DNA from: Chloroflexota bacterium
GTDB lineage: Bacteria; Chloroflexota; UBA11872
Direction of reading: 5' to 3'
DNA: 64,000 bases
Assembly (NCBI GenBank): GCA_965263075.1
Contig: CBDHGI010000006.1
Location: 2,790,101-2,854,100 of the forward strand
How positions within the stretch are numbered: the stretch's first letter is position 1; the number at the start of each line of letters is the position of its first letter. Made by a program: the position numbers and the translations under genes. Below, piece by piece: positions 49,268 to 58,012 of the stretch. The notes beneath the pieces were generated by a model, which worked only from the letters and a program-made list of their open reading frames with translations, made no database searches and had not been told where the DNA came from.

Positions 49268-49608
49268 AGCTCACGTACGCCGTCGTCTTCGAGCAGACGC
49301 CCAACAACTACGCGGCCTATGTGCCGGACGTCCCGGGCTGCGTCAGCACCGGCAAGAGCTGGGACGAGATGCTGGCGATGATCCGCGAGGCGCTGGCGTT
49401 CCACATCGAGACGATCCTGGAGGATGGGGAGCCGCTCCCCGAGCCGAGGATGTCTATCGACGAGGCCATCGCGAACCACAGCGAACCCATCGCCGAGGAC
49501 GTGCTCAACTCCTACCTGGAGTTCGGCGAGCCCGGCCCCACGATCTCGACCCGGTTTGAGATGGTTGAGATTGAGGTTCCCGCCCCGCAGGCTGTTCAGG
49601 TGGGCTGA
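49264..49608 (+). CDS. hicB: HicB-family antitoxin (UPF0150), type II TA
   Basis: 114 aa; overlaps the hicA stop (ATGA). MKLTYAVVFEQTPNNYAAYVPDVPGCVSTGKSWDEMLAMIREAL, the HicB N-terminal RNase-H-like fold signature. Confidence 0.8.
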   Translation: MKLTYAVVFEQTPNNYAAYVPDVPGCVSTGKSWDEMLAMIREALAFHIETILEDGEPLPEPRMSIDEAIANHSEPIAEDVLNSYLEFGEPGPTISTRFEMVEIEVPAPQAVQVG

Positions 49609-49702
49609 CGGACACTCGACGGGGAGCGTTGAGGTGGCCACGGGATCCGCCGACGCGCATCGATGTGACGCGGTCAAGACCGTGAGCGAGTCACGCACGA
49701 CC

Positions 49703-51073
49703 ATGCGCGCCTACCCTCACTACCGCGACTTCGGCGTCGAGTGGCTCGGTGAGGTGCCGGAACATTGGACCTCGGAACAGCTTGGACGCCTCGGCTCGTT
49801 CTCAAAGGGCAGCGGCGGCACGAAAGAAGACGAGGTCGAAGACGGAGTTCCCTGCGTTCGCTACGGGGACCTCTACACAGTGCACCAGTTCCACATCAAG
49901 GAGACCCGGGCAAACATCTCCGAGGACAGCGCAGCCAATTACACGGCAATCCGATACGGGGACCTCTTGTTTGCCGGGTCGGGTGAGACCCTTGAGGAAA
50001 TAGGCAAGTCAGCTTCCAATCTGGTTGGCGGCCCGGCGTATTGCGGCGGGGACGTGATCCTCTTTCGTCCGTCAATCGAGACTGAGGCCACTTTTCTTGG
50101 TTACGCCGCAGATTGCGCTCCTGCGGCTTACCAAAAGGCATGCATGGGGCGAGGCGTCACCGTCATGCACATCTACTCCAGCGAGCTCAAGTACATGGTC
50201 GTGCCGCTCCCACCCCTCGACGAGCAGCGCGCAATTGCCGCGTTTCTGGACCGGGAGACGGAGCGGATCGATGCGTTGGTGGAGAAGAAGCGGTTGTTGA
50301 TCGAGCGGTTGGAGGAGTACCGGACGGCGCTGATCACGCGCACGGTGACGCGGGGGCTGCCGCCCGAGGCGGCGCGCGCCGCCGGGCTGGACCCGTCGCC
50401 GCGGTTGAAGGCTTCGGGGGCGGAGTGGCTAGGGGTCGTTCCAGAGCATTGGGAGGTAAAGGCGCTGAAGTGGGAGACGCCTGTTCAACGTGGGGCTTCG
50501 CCGCGGCCAATTGACGACGAAGCCTATTTCGATAACGACGGCTCACACGCCTGGGTACGAATCGCCGATGTGACCGCAGCTGGTATGTATCTGAATCGCA
50601 CGACACAGCGGCTCTCTGAACTAGGAGTCTCCCTAAGCGTGCCGCTAGAGCCAGGGGAGCTTGTTTTGAGCATTGCTGGATCAGTGGGTAAGCCCTGTAT
50701 CACGAAGATCGATTGCTGCATTCACGACGGGTTCGTCTATTTCCCACAATGGACGGGGGACGTTCGGTACCTGTTCTATGTGTTTGCCTCAGGTGAGCCC
50801 TACAAGGGACTGGGGAAACTAGGCACCCAGCTGAACCTGAACACTGACACAGTCGGTTCAATCTCAGTAGCAATACCTCCAGTAGACGAGCAGGCAGCGA
50901 TTGCGGACTACTTGACCACTGAGAACGCCGAGATTGAGAGCTCGTTGGAGTCGGTCCGCGAAGCCGTCGAACGGCTACAGGAATTTCGGGCAGCCCTCAT
51001 CACCGCCGCCGTAACCGGCAAGATCGACGTGCGCGAAGCCGCGCAAGCGCCGGTCGCTGCAATGTTGGCGTAA
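49703..51073 (+). CDS. hsdS: Type I restriction-modification system specificity subunit S
   Basis: Start MRAYPHYRDFGVEWLGEVPEHW. Two target-recognition domains separated by conserved coiled-coil regions (LPPLDEQRAIAAFLDRETERID... and IPPVDEQAAIADYLTTENAEIE...). Confidence 0.9.
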   Translation: MRAYPHYRDFGVEWLGEVPEHWTSEQLGRLGSFSKGSGGTKEDEVEDGVPCVRYGDLYTVHQFHIKETRANISEDSAANYTAIRYGDLLFAGSGETLEEIGKSASNLVGGPAYCGGDVILFRPSIETEATFLGYAADCAPAAYQKACMGRGVTVMHIYSSELKYMVVPLPPLDEQRAIAAFLDRETERIDALVEKKRLLIERLEEYRTALITRTVTRGLPPEAARAAGLDPSPRLKASGAEWLGVVPEHWEVKALKWETPVQRGASPRPIDDEAYFDNDGSHAWVRIADVTAAGMYLNRTTQRLSELGVSLSVPLEPGELVLSIAGSVGKPCITKIDCCIHDGFVYFPQWTGDVRYLFYVFASGEPYKGLGKLGTQLNLNTDTVGSISVAIPPVDEQAAIADYLTTENAEIESSLESVREAVERLQEFRAALITAAVTGKIDVREAAQAPVAAMLA

Positions 51074-54000
51074 ATGACCAGCCAAACCAACGAGGCGGCC
51101 TTCGAGTCGACCGTTGAGGACATGCTGCTCGAGGGCGGCTGGAACTCAGGCAACCGGTTGGAATGGGACGCGGTGCAAGCTCTCTTTCCGGCGCGTGTCG
51201 TCGCGTTCTTGCAGGCGACGCAGCCCGAACAGTGGGCAGCGATGGCTGGATTGCACGGCGAGAAGCTGAAAGCGCGGATCGTGGACGCGCTGGCCAAGGA
51301 ACTGGTCCTGAAGGGCATGCTGGACGTGCTGCGCCACGGGTTCAAGTTCTACGGCAAGACGTTCCGGCTGGCCTATTTCAAACCGGCGCACGGGCTGAAC
51401 CCGGAGGCGCTGGCGCAGTTCGAGCGCAACGACCTGACGGTCACGCGGCAGGTTGCCTACAACCCGAACACCAACGAAACCTTGGACCTGGTGTTTGCGC
51501 TCAACGGCGTGCCGGTGGCCACGTGTGAGTTGAAGAACCCGATGACGGGTCAGTCCTGGAAGAGCGCGGTTCGGCAGTACAAGCAGGACCGTGACCCTAC
51601 CGCTCCAATCTTCAAATTCCAGAAGCGGGCGCTGGTGCACTTTGCCGCCGATCCCGACGAAGTTCACATGACGACGCGACTGGCCGGGGAGAAAACCCGA
51701 TTCCTGCCCTTCAACCGGGGGAGCCGGCCCGGCGAGATTCAATGCGGGGCGGGCAACCCGCCGCATGCTGCGGGGTACCGCACGGGTTACTTCTGGCAGG
51801 GGGTGCTGGAACGCGAGCGGTTCCTGGACATTCTCGGCTCCTACATGTTCGTGGAACGCCGCGACGAGAAGGTCGAGGACGCGAAGGGCGCACGAACGGT
51901 CAAGCGGGAGACGGTGATCTTTCCGCGCTATCACCAACTGGATTCAGTCGACCGCCTGGTGACGACCGCGGCAGCGGATGGTCCGGGACGCAACTACCTG
52001 ATTCAGCACTCAGCTGGGAGCGGCAAGACGAACAGCATCTCGTGGCTGTCGCACCGGCTGGCGAGCCTGCACGACGCCGACGAGCAGAAGATCTACCAGT
52101 GCGTGGTGGTGATCACAGACCGGCGCGTGCTTGACCGACAATTGCAAGACGCGATCTACCAGATCGAGCACGCGCAGGGCGTGGTGAAGGCGATCGATCA
52201 GGATTCCAAGCAGCTGGCGACCGCGCTGGTGGACGGGACGATGATCGTGATTACGACGCTGCAGAAGTTTCCGTTCGTGATGAAGGGTCTGCTGCGGATC
52301 GCGGGGGCCGACGAGCCGGACGCCGCGAGCGCGGCCGAGCGGGCGCAGGCCGAGTCCTGGAGCAAGGCAATTGCCGGGCGTCGATACGCAGTGATCGTGG
52401 ACGAGGCGCACTCCAGCCAGACGGGCGAGAGCGCGCGGGAAATGAAGGCGGTACTCGGGTCCAAGGCGCAGGCAGCCGAGGAGGAAGGGGACGAGGACTG
52501 GGAAGACGGGATCAATGCGGTGATCGAATCGCGCGGACCGCAGCCGAATCTCTCGTTCTTTGCGTTCACGGCGACACCCAAGGGGAAGACGTTAGAGGTG
52601 TTCGGGCGGCCGGGTCCCAGCGGCAAACCTGAGCCGTTCCACGTCTACAGCATGCGTCAGGCGATCGAGGAAGAGTTCATCCTGGACGTGCTGGGGCGGT
52701 ACACCGACTACGACACGTACTACCGGCTGGTGAAGCAGGCGGCGGAGGACCCGGAGTTTCCCAAGCGGCGGGCGGCCTCGGAGCTGGCGAAGTTCATGCA
52801 GCTGCACGAGTACAACCTGGCGCAGAAAGCCGAAGTGATCGTGGAGCACTTCCGCAACAACGTGCGGCACCAGATGGGCGGCAAGGCGAAGGCGATGGTG
52901 GTGACCTCGGGCCGGCTGCACGCGGTGCGCTACATGCAGGCCTTTCAGCGGTACATCGCCGAGAAGGAGTACGAGGACGTGCGGCCGCTGGTGGCCTTCA
53001 GCGGCACGGTGCGGGATCCGGACACGGGCGAGGAGTTCACCGAGCCGAGCATGAACTGGGACGGGGTGACGGGGAAGCCGATCAGCGAATCGGCGTTGCC
53101 GGGCCGGTTCGCCTCGCCGGACTACCAGATTCTGCTGGTGGCGGAGAAGTACCAGACCGGGTTCGACCAACCGTTGTTGCAGGCGATGTACGTGGACAAG
53201 CGGCTGGACGGGGTGCAGGCGGTACAGACGCTCTCACGGCTGAACCGTATGGCGCCGGGGAAGGAACCGCCGTTCGTGCTGGACTTCGTGAACGACCCGG
53301 AGGACATCCGCGACGCGTTCAAGCCGTACTTCGACCAGACGGAACTGCTGGACGAATCGGACCCGCACAAGCTGGAAGTGCTGAAGCACGAACTGGACCA
53401 GATGCAGGTTTACCACTGGGAAGAGGTGGAGGCGTTCGCGAGGGTGTTCTACCTGCCAGTGGCGAAGCAGCGGAAGCAGGATCACGCGCGGCTGGAAAAG
53501 GCGCTGCAGCCAGCGCGGGGCCGGTTCGGGGCGCTGGACGAGGAGGGCCAGACCGAGTTCCGCGACCGGCTAGCGGCGTTCGCGAACCTGTACGCGTTCC
53601 TGAGCCAGATCATTCCCTATGGCGACAGCGAGCATGAGCGGCTGTATTCGTTCGGGCGGGCGCTGCTGCCGTACCTGCAGGAGGACAGTGAGCGGGAACA
53701 GATTGACCTGGGGGACGACGTGGAGCTGGCGTATTACCGGCTGCAACAGGTGACTGAGGGGGCGATCAGCCTGGGCGAGGGTGAAGGCGCCTACGTGGTG
53801 AGCCCGACGGAGACCGGCACGGGCGACCCGGAGGAAGACAAGGCGCCGCTGTCGGAGATTATCGAGCGGCTGAACGAGCGGTTTGGGACGAACTTCACGG
53901 ACGCGGACCGGTTTTTCTTTGAGCAGGTGAAGGCGCAGGCGGTTCAGGACGAAACGGTGCGCGAGACGGCGCGGGCGAATCCGCTGGATAAGTTCAGCCT

Positions 54001-54172
54001 GGGGGTTCGGGATCAGATTTCTGATCTGATGATTGCGCGGATGAGTGAGAACGATTCGCTGGTGAAGCGGTACCTGGAGGAGACGGAGTTTCAAAATCTC
54101 GCGTATGAGGTGTTGGCGAAGGAGATATTTGCGGCGGTGCGGGGTGGTGAGGCGGGGGTGGCCGGCGGATAG
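51074..54172 (+). CDS. hsdR: Type I restriction-modification system endonuclease subunit R
   Basis: 1032 aa. ATG directly follows the hsdS stop. N-terminal nuclease domain, SF2 helicase motifs (QHSAGSGKT; DEAH-like VIVDEAHSSQ) and a C-terminal helical domain. Confidence 0.95.
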   Translation: MTSQTNEAAFESTVEDMLLEGGWNSGNRLEWDAVQALFPARVVAFLQATQPEQWAAMAGLHGEKLKARIVDALAKELVLKGMLDVLRHGFKFYGKTFRLAYFKPAHGLNPEALAQFERNDLTVTRQVAYNPNTNETLDLVFALNGVPVATCELKNPMTGQSWKSAVRQYKQDRDPTAPIFKFQKRALVHFAADPDEVHMTTRLAGEKTRFLPFNRGSRPGEIQCGAGNPPHAAGYRTGYFWQGVLERERFLDILGSYMFVERRDEKVEDAKGARTVKRETVIFPRYHQLDSVDRLVTTAAADGPGRNYLIQHSAGSGKTNSISWLSHRLASLHDADEQKIYQCVVVITDRRVLDRQLQDAIYQIEHAQGVVKAIDQDSKQLATALVDGTMIVITTLQKFPFVMKGLLRIAGADEPDAASAAERAQAESWSKAIAGRRYAVIVDEAHSSQTGESAREMKAVLGSKAQAAEEEGDEDWEDGINAVIESRGPQPNLSFFAFTATPKGKTLEVFGRPGPSGKPEPFHVYSMRQAIEEEFILDVLGRYTDYDTYYRLVKQAAEDPEFPKRRAASELAKFMQLHEYNLAQKAEVIVEHFRNNVRHQMGGKAKAMVVTSGRLHAVRYMQAFQRYIAEKEYEDVRPLVAFSGTVRDPDTGEEFTEPSMNWDGVTGKPISESALPGRFASPDYQILLVAEKYQTGFDQPLLQAMYVDKRLDGVQAVQTLSRLNRMAPGKEPPFVLDFVNDPEDIRDAFKPYFDQTELLDESDPHKLEVLKHELDQMQVYHWEEVEAFARVFYLPVAKQRKQDHARLEKALQPARGRFGALDEEGQTEFRDRLAAFANLYAFLSQIIPYGDSEHERLYSFGRALLPYLQEDSEREQIDLGDDVELAYYRLQQVTEGAISLGEGEGAYVVSPTETGTGDPEEDKAPLSEIIERLNERFGTNFTDADRFFFEQVKAQAVQDETVRETARANPLDKFSLGVRDQISDLMIARMSENDSLVKRYLEETEFQNLAYEVLAKEIFAAVRGGEAGVAGG

Positions 54173-54237
54173 GGCGCTGGCATTTCTGGGTTGACGGGGT
54201 GGCACGTCGCGCCGGGATCGTTTGGGTGCTGCTGGGT

Positions 54238-54465
54238 CCCCCTTCGGCCGGCCCAGGGCGGGTTCTCCGAGGGACTCCGGGGCGGCTCACCACGAACGGG
54301 GGGTGGGCTGGGGATGTGGTTCGACTCGGGCCGCCGAGGGACTCTGGCCCGGCCCTTCGGCAGGCTCAGGACAGGCTCACCACGAACGGATTGGGGAAGA
54401 CGAGCGGGTCGGAGACGCCGCCTCTACGGAAGTTGGGACCGCGGACGCCGGGATGACGGTAGTGC
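54238..54465. repeat. REP-like modular repeat, copy C (two tandem units)
   Basis: CCTTCGGCCGGCCCAGGGCGGGTTCTCCGAGGGACTCCGGGGCGGCTCACCACGAACGG...GGATGTGGTTCGACTCGGGCC...CCTTCGGCAGGCTCAGGACAGGCTCACCACGAACGG...GACGCCGGGATGACGG. Confidence 0.6.
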
Positions 54466-56200
54466 GCGGTATTCGATAAGGGCTGAGCGGCCGACGACGT
54501 CGAGGATACGGATCAGCGCCTCGTGTCCGTCGGAGTCTGTCAGGCGCAGCTCTTCGCCGGGGGTGAAGTGGACGGGTTGGGGCTGGCCGTGGTTGATCGC
54601 GATGTTGGAGGCGTAGAGATAGGTTCGGTCGCTGGTGTCGCGTATGGGATTGAGGCGGCCCTTGAGGGTGGGTAGGTGTCCGACCGCCTCGGGGAAGATG
54701 ACGCTGCCGCCATCCGGGAGGGGCTGCAGGTCGAGCGTGAGCGCGCCCAGGCTGGGCGTCCAGTCTCGCTCCAGGTGCGCCGCGTGTCGGGGAGCGGCGG
54801 CGAACACGGTCATTGGGAGGTGGGAGGTGGGAGGTGTATAGCTCGACCGCTGCCTCGCCGTCGTCGTTTGTGGTCGCACGTTTCCAGGTCTTGTTCGGGA
54901 ATAGCGCTAAGACGTCGGCGCCGGGCAAGGGCTGACCGGCAGACCGAACGGCAATGACGGCGCTGGCGGGGCTGCTTTCCTGGATTGCCGCAGGGATGGC
55001 GAGGCGGACTTCGGAGTCATCGATGACCTGGTATTCGGGCAGCTTGCCGCAGAGTTCGCGAGTTTCACGCCGGATGATGGGCACGCCGTCGCCGCGGCGT
55101 TCCATGAAGTACTGGTGGTCCTCCGACCCCTGAATTCCGCCAACCGGCAGGCGCGCCAATACGGAGGTCAACGCTTCGTTGCGTGTGACCTGGCGGGTCT
55201 CCATGCTTTCCTCGGTGAGGTTGTTGGGTAGCGAGCCGGGCGACTGAATCTCCAGACGGTCGTCGAACATCGAGAGGCGAATCTTGCTGCCGCGTATCGA
55301 GTAGTCGCGGTGCACGACGGCGTTGACGAGGGCCTCGAACAGCGCCCGGTGGCTGTACTGGGGAAGGTCAACGCGCCCCGGTTCCTTGCGGGCGGCGACC
55401 TGCATGTTGCGTAGGGCGAAGGCGACGGCCTGGGCGATCTGCCTATTCAGCGGGCCGCCGATTTCTTGCGCGTCGATCTGACCGGACGCACGGTCGTTTC
55501 CGCGATAGCGGGTGGCGGTAATCCCAGCGTTTGGCAGCCATTGCTGGGGGTCCGGCGTGCACAACAGCAGGCCGGCGACCGTGGCGCGCGGGATCCCAGC
55601 TTCGTCGCTGGCCAGGAGCGCCAGTCTGCCAAGCGCGGCCTCTGGTTCGGCGGCGCCTTCGGCGCTCAACAGAGGTCGCCAGAGGGACTCGTCCAAGGTG
55701 TTGAATCCGGTGTTTGGAATGGTCTGCTCGTCGAACGATGCGAATCGCGCCTGCCCGCGCCGCTGTGCCAAGCGCAGCCACTCGTCGCCGGTCATTCTTC
55801 GCTTTGTGCCGCCGACGCGGATGTATCGATGACCGGATCGCTCATGCGGCGAATCGCCCGCGGGAACATCGACGATTAACAACCGCTTGCCATCGGGGAG
55901 TTGCATGTGCTGGGTGCGGATGCGAACGGGCGGCTCGATGGCGTCGGAGCTGATTTCGACGACGTAATCGTCTAGCGAGCCAAGTCGCTCACGCGTCATG
56001 TCCTGCCCTTCGCCCTCATCGGTGACACCGCAGAGCAGGGTGCCGCCGTCCGCGTTGGCGAAGGCCGCGATCTCGTCGGCTATGTCGGCGCGGTCCGGGC
56101 TCCTGGGATGGTTGCCGGCGAAATCGACCTGTTTGAATTCCCAGGCGCTGTCCTCGCCCAACTGAAGCCGGCGGGTGATCTCTTCGTCGCTGTAGGTCAT
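54377..56200 (-). CDS. COG2865-type protein (AlbA_2 / 'divergent AAA' N-terminal domain + HATPase_c_4-like domain + beta-sandwich domain); C-terminal about 150 codons probably out of frame
   Basis: Start MTYSDEEITRRL (ATG 56200). AlbA_2-like N-terminus (WEFK...DEIAAFANADGGTLLCGV). HATPase_c_4-like region (ALFEALVNAVVHRDYS...IRLSMFDDRLEIQSPG). CarbopepD_reg-like segment (VIAVRSAGQPLPGADVLA...TTNDDGEAAVELY). After the SHLPPP site encoded by (TGGGAGG)x3 the frame continues as an Arg/Pro-rich low-complexity tail, while a protein-like 130-aa frame (MTVFAAAPRH...LIRILDVVGRSALIEY) continues in another frame. Confidence 0.6.
   Translation of the reverse strand: MTYSDEEITRRLQLGEDSAWEFKQVDFAGNHPRSPDRADIADEIAAFANADGGTLLCGVTDEGEGQDMTRERLGSLDDYVVEISSDAIEPPVRIRTQHMQLPDGKRLLIVDVPAGDSPHERSGHRYIRVGGTKRRMTGDEWLRLAQRRGQARFASFDEQTIPNTGFNTLDESLWRPLLSAEGAAEPEAALGRLALLASDEAGIPRATVAGLLLCTPDPQQWLPNAGITATRYRGNDRASGQIDAQEIGGPLNRQIAQAVAFALRNMQVAARKEPGRVDLPQYSHRALFEALVNAVVHRDYSIRGSKIRLSMFDDRLEIQSPGSLPNNLTEESMETRQVTRNEALTSVLARLPVGGIQGSEDHQYFMERRGDGVPIIRRETRELCGKLPEYQVIDDSEVRLAIPAAIQESSPASAVIAVRSAGQPLPGADVLALFPNKTWKRATTNDDGEAAVELYTSHLPPPNDRVRRRSPTRGAPGARLDAQPGRAHARPAAPPGWRQRHLPRGGRTPTHPQGPPQSHTRHQRPNLSLRLQHRDQPRPAPTRPLHPRRRAAPDRLRRTRGADPYPRRRRPLSPYRIPRTTVIPASAVPTSVEAASPTRSSSPIRSW
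54814..54834. repeat. Heptanucleotide tandem repeat (TGGGAGG)x3 inside a coding region at a frame junction
   Basis: Seen directly: TGGGAGGTGGGAGGTGGGAGG. Loss of one unit would fuse the upstream ORF in frame to the downstream 54424..54816 frame. Confidence 0.7.
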
Positions 56201-56249
56201 TGGTGGTTTGCAGTCTCCTCCCAAGCCATCCTATCCGTAGCCAGTTCTC

Positions 56250-56328
56250 CAGCCGCCGGGATGCTGGGGAGTGTTTCGTGGTTCGATCTGACCTTCTACG
56301 AGCTAAGGACGGGCTCACCACGAACGAG
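56250..56328. repeat. REP-like modular repeat, copy D
   Basis: GCCGCCGGGATGCTGGGG...TGGTTCGATCTGACCTTCTACGAGCTAAGGACGGGCTCACCACGAACG, the same modules as copies A-C. Confidence 0.5.
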
Positions 56329-56375
56329 GGTTGCTGGCCACGAGCGGAGGTGGCGCGCTGCGAGTGACGAATTGC

Positions 56376-56789
56376 TCACTGTGGCGGGTTGGCGAAGGGG
56401 TTGAGGGTGGGGATGCCGAAGTGCTGGAAGTCGCGGATGTTGCGGGTGACGACGGTTAGGCGGTGGACGGTGGCGACGGCGGCGATGAGGGCGTCCTGCA
56501 TGAGGGTGTCTGATTGGCGGTGCATGAGCTTGGCCCAGATCCGAAACGCGGGGGCGTCCACATCGAGCACTTCATAGGTCGCGAGTACGCGGTCGAGCCA
56601 CGATTCCAGGTGTTCCGCCTTGGCGGCGTCCTGCTGGCGGGTGACTTCGATACCGGCCTGGATCTCGCCGATCGTGACGGCTGACAGATAGAGGTGATCG
56701 GCCGGCACACGCTGAATCCACTCCAGTACGGCCGGGCTTGGCCGCGGGCGACGCAGTTCCGAGACGACGTTTGTATCGAGGAGGTACAC
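56376..56789 (-). CDS. vapC: PIN-domain toxin VapC (type II TA)
   Basis: 137 aa. MYLLDTNVVSELRRPRP... with the conserved acidic residues of a PIN domain (D5, E..., D..., ...TRN). Confidence 0.88.
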   Translation of the reverse strand: MYLLDTNVVSELRRPRPSPAVLEWIQRVPADHLYLSAVTIGEIQAGIEVTRQQDAAKAEHLESWLDRVLATYEVLDVDAPAFRIWAKLMHRQSDTLMQDALIAAVATVHRLTVVTRNIRDFQHFGIPTLNPFANPPQ

Positions 56790-56792
56790 GCG

Positions 56793-57053
56793 CTAGTTGA
56801 ATTGCGGGGCGGCACGGCGACGGAGGGGTCGACGCGGGGGTGTGAGAGCTTCGGTGCGCGGCTCGGGCGCGAGCAGCAACTCCTTGAGGTTGGGGCGCGT
56901 CATGCGCTCCAGCCGGCGCCACTGGTCAATCGGGACGAGCACCGCTGTCTCGACGCCGCGCTTTGTGACGATCTGCGGCCCTTCGGCGAGGCTGGTCTCA
57001 AGCAGTTCGCTGAAACGCGCCTTGGCCTCCTGCACTTGCCAGATGTTGCCCAT
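56793..57053 (-). CDS. Phd/YefM-family antitoxin (partner of VapC)
   Basis: 86 aa. MGNIWQVQEAKARFSELLETSLAEGPQIVTKRGVETAVLVPIDQWRRL, the Phd/YefM N-terminal fold. The stop lies 3 nt before the vapC start. Confidence 0.8.
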   Translation of the reverse strand: MGNIWQVQEAKARFSELLETSLAEGPQIVTKRGVETAVLVPIDQWRRLERMTRPNLKELLLAPEPRTEALTPPRRPLRRRAAPQFN

Positions 57054-57070
57054 GCATACCTCCGGGTTCG

Positions 57071-57112
57071 GTTCAGTCTGATTCTGAACTGGCTAGACTC
57101 AAGACTAGTCTA
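57071..57112. promoter_or_regulatory. Paired inverted repeats (GTTCAG-N7-CTGAAC; TAGACT-N7-AGTCTA) in the promoter region of the phd-vapC operon; candidate autoregulatory operator
   Basis: Located 18-60 bp upstream of the antitoxin start codon, in the divergent intergenic region shared with moaC. The sequence is locally AT-richer. Confidence 0.4.
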
Positions 57113-57175
57113 TGAAAATTTTTCCGCGTAGGGTACCGGCGAAACGGGCTAGCGCGGTAGAATGGGAGTAGGACG

Positions 57176-57718
57176 TTGCTTCTGGCGCGCAGGGACTTAA
57201 CCACCGGATTGGCTGGGCCTTCGTTTACTCATTTTGACGCGGATGGGTCCGCGCGGATGGTGGACGTGTCGGCTAAGTCGGAGACGGACCGACGGGCAGT
57301 GGCGCGGGGCCGGGTGGTGATGCAGCCGGCGACGCTGGCGATGATTCGCGAGCAGATGGCCGGCGAAACCTCGGACCTGCCGAAAGGCGATGTGCTGGGC
57401 GTAGCGCGGCTGGCTGGCCTGATGGCGGCCAAACGAACGTCGGACCTGATTCCGCTTTGTCACCCGCTGCCGCTGAGCGCGGTGGACGTGGGTCTGACGC
57501 CGGAGGGTGACGATTCGCTGGTGATCGAGGCCAGCGTGCGGACAGTCGGTCGAACCGGCGTTGAGATGGAAGCGCTGACGGCGGTTTCAGTGGCGGCGCT
57601 GGCGGTTTACGACATGTGCAAGGCAGTGGACCGCGGCATGCGGATTGCCGATGTGCGGCTGGTTCGAAAGACGGGCGGGGCGAGTGGGGATTTTCAGCGT
57701 TTGGACGACGAGGGCTAG
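57176..57718 (+). CDS. moaC: Cyclic pyranopterin monophosphate synthase accessory protein MoaC
   Basis: [18 protein letters not shown]...[29 protein letters not shown]...[10 protein letters not shown]. The true start may be an internal start near THFDADG. Confidence 0.88.
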   Translation: MLLARRDLTTGLAGPSFTHFDADGSARMVDVSAKSETDRRAVARGRVVMQPATLAMIREQMAGETSDLPKGDVLGVARLAGLMAAKRTSDLIPLCHPLPLSAVDVGLTPEGDDSLVIEASVRTVGRTGVEMEALTAVSVAALAVYDMCKAVDRGMRIADVRLVRKTGGASGDFQRLDDEG

Positions 57719-58012
57719 GGCGAGAGTACGAATGACTTCAGGGTGCCGAATGGCCGCAGCGCTATCCGGGACGCCTCGACAGGAAGACCCCTCACCGATT
57801 GTCGGCGGGGACGCCGACATCTGCCTCTCCCCCAGGAGAGGGAAAGAACGCCGCCCCGGAGCTAGCTTGGCGACTGACAGCGTCGCTTTCCCGCAAGGAT
57901 CGGAAGGAAGAGGCGTGTCTCCTCAGCGTTCATGGCTCCGCACGCAGATGCTCGCCTACCAGGGTCGCGAGCAACGACGGCGGTTCAGTTCAGGAGAGGG
58001 GAGTCGAGCGGC

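Noticed and set aside
54377-54813. Arg/Pro-rich C-terminal tail of the COG2865-like ORF
   Set aside because: The composition is not protein-like. It overlaps REP-like copy C and follows a heptamer repeat. It was therefore treated as an out-of-frame continuation rather than a genuine domain; see the finding.
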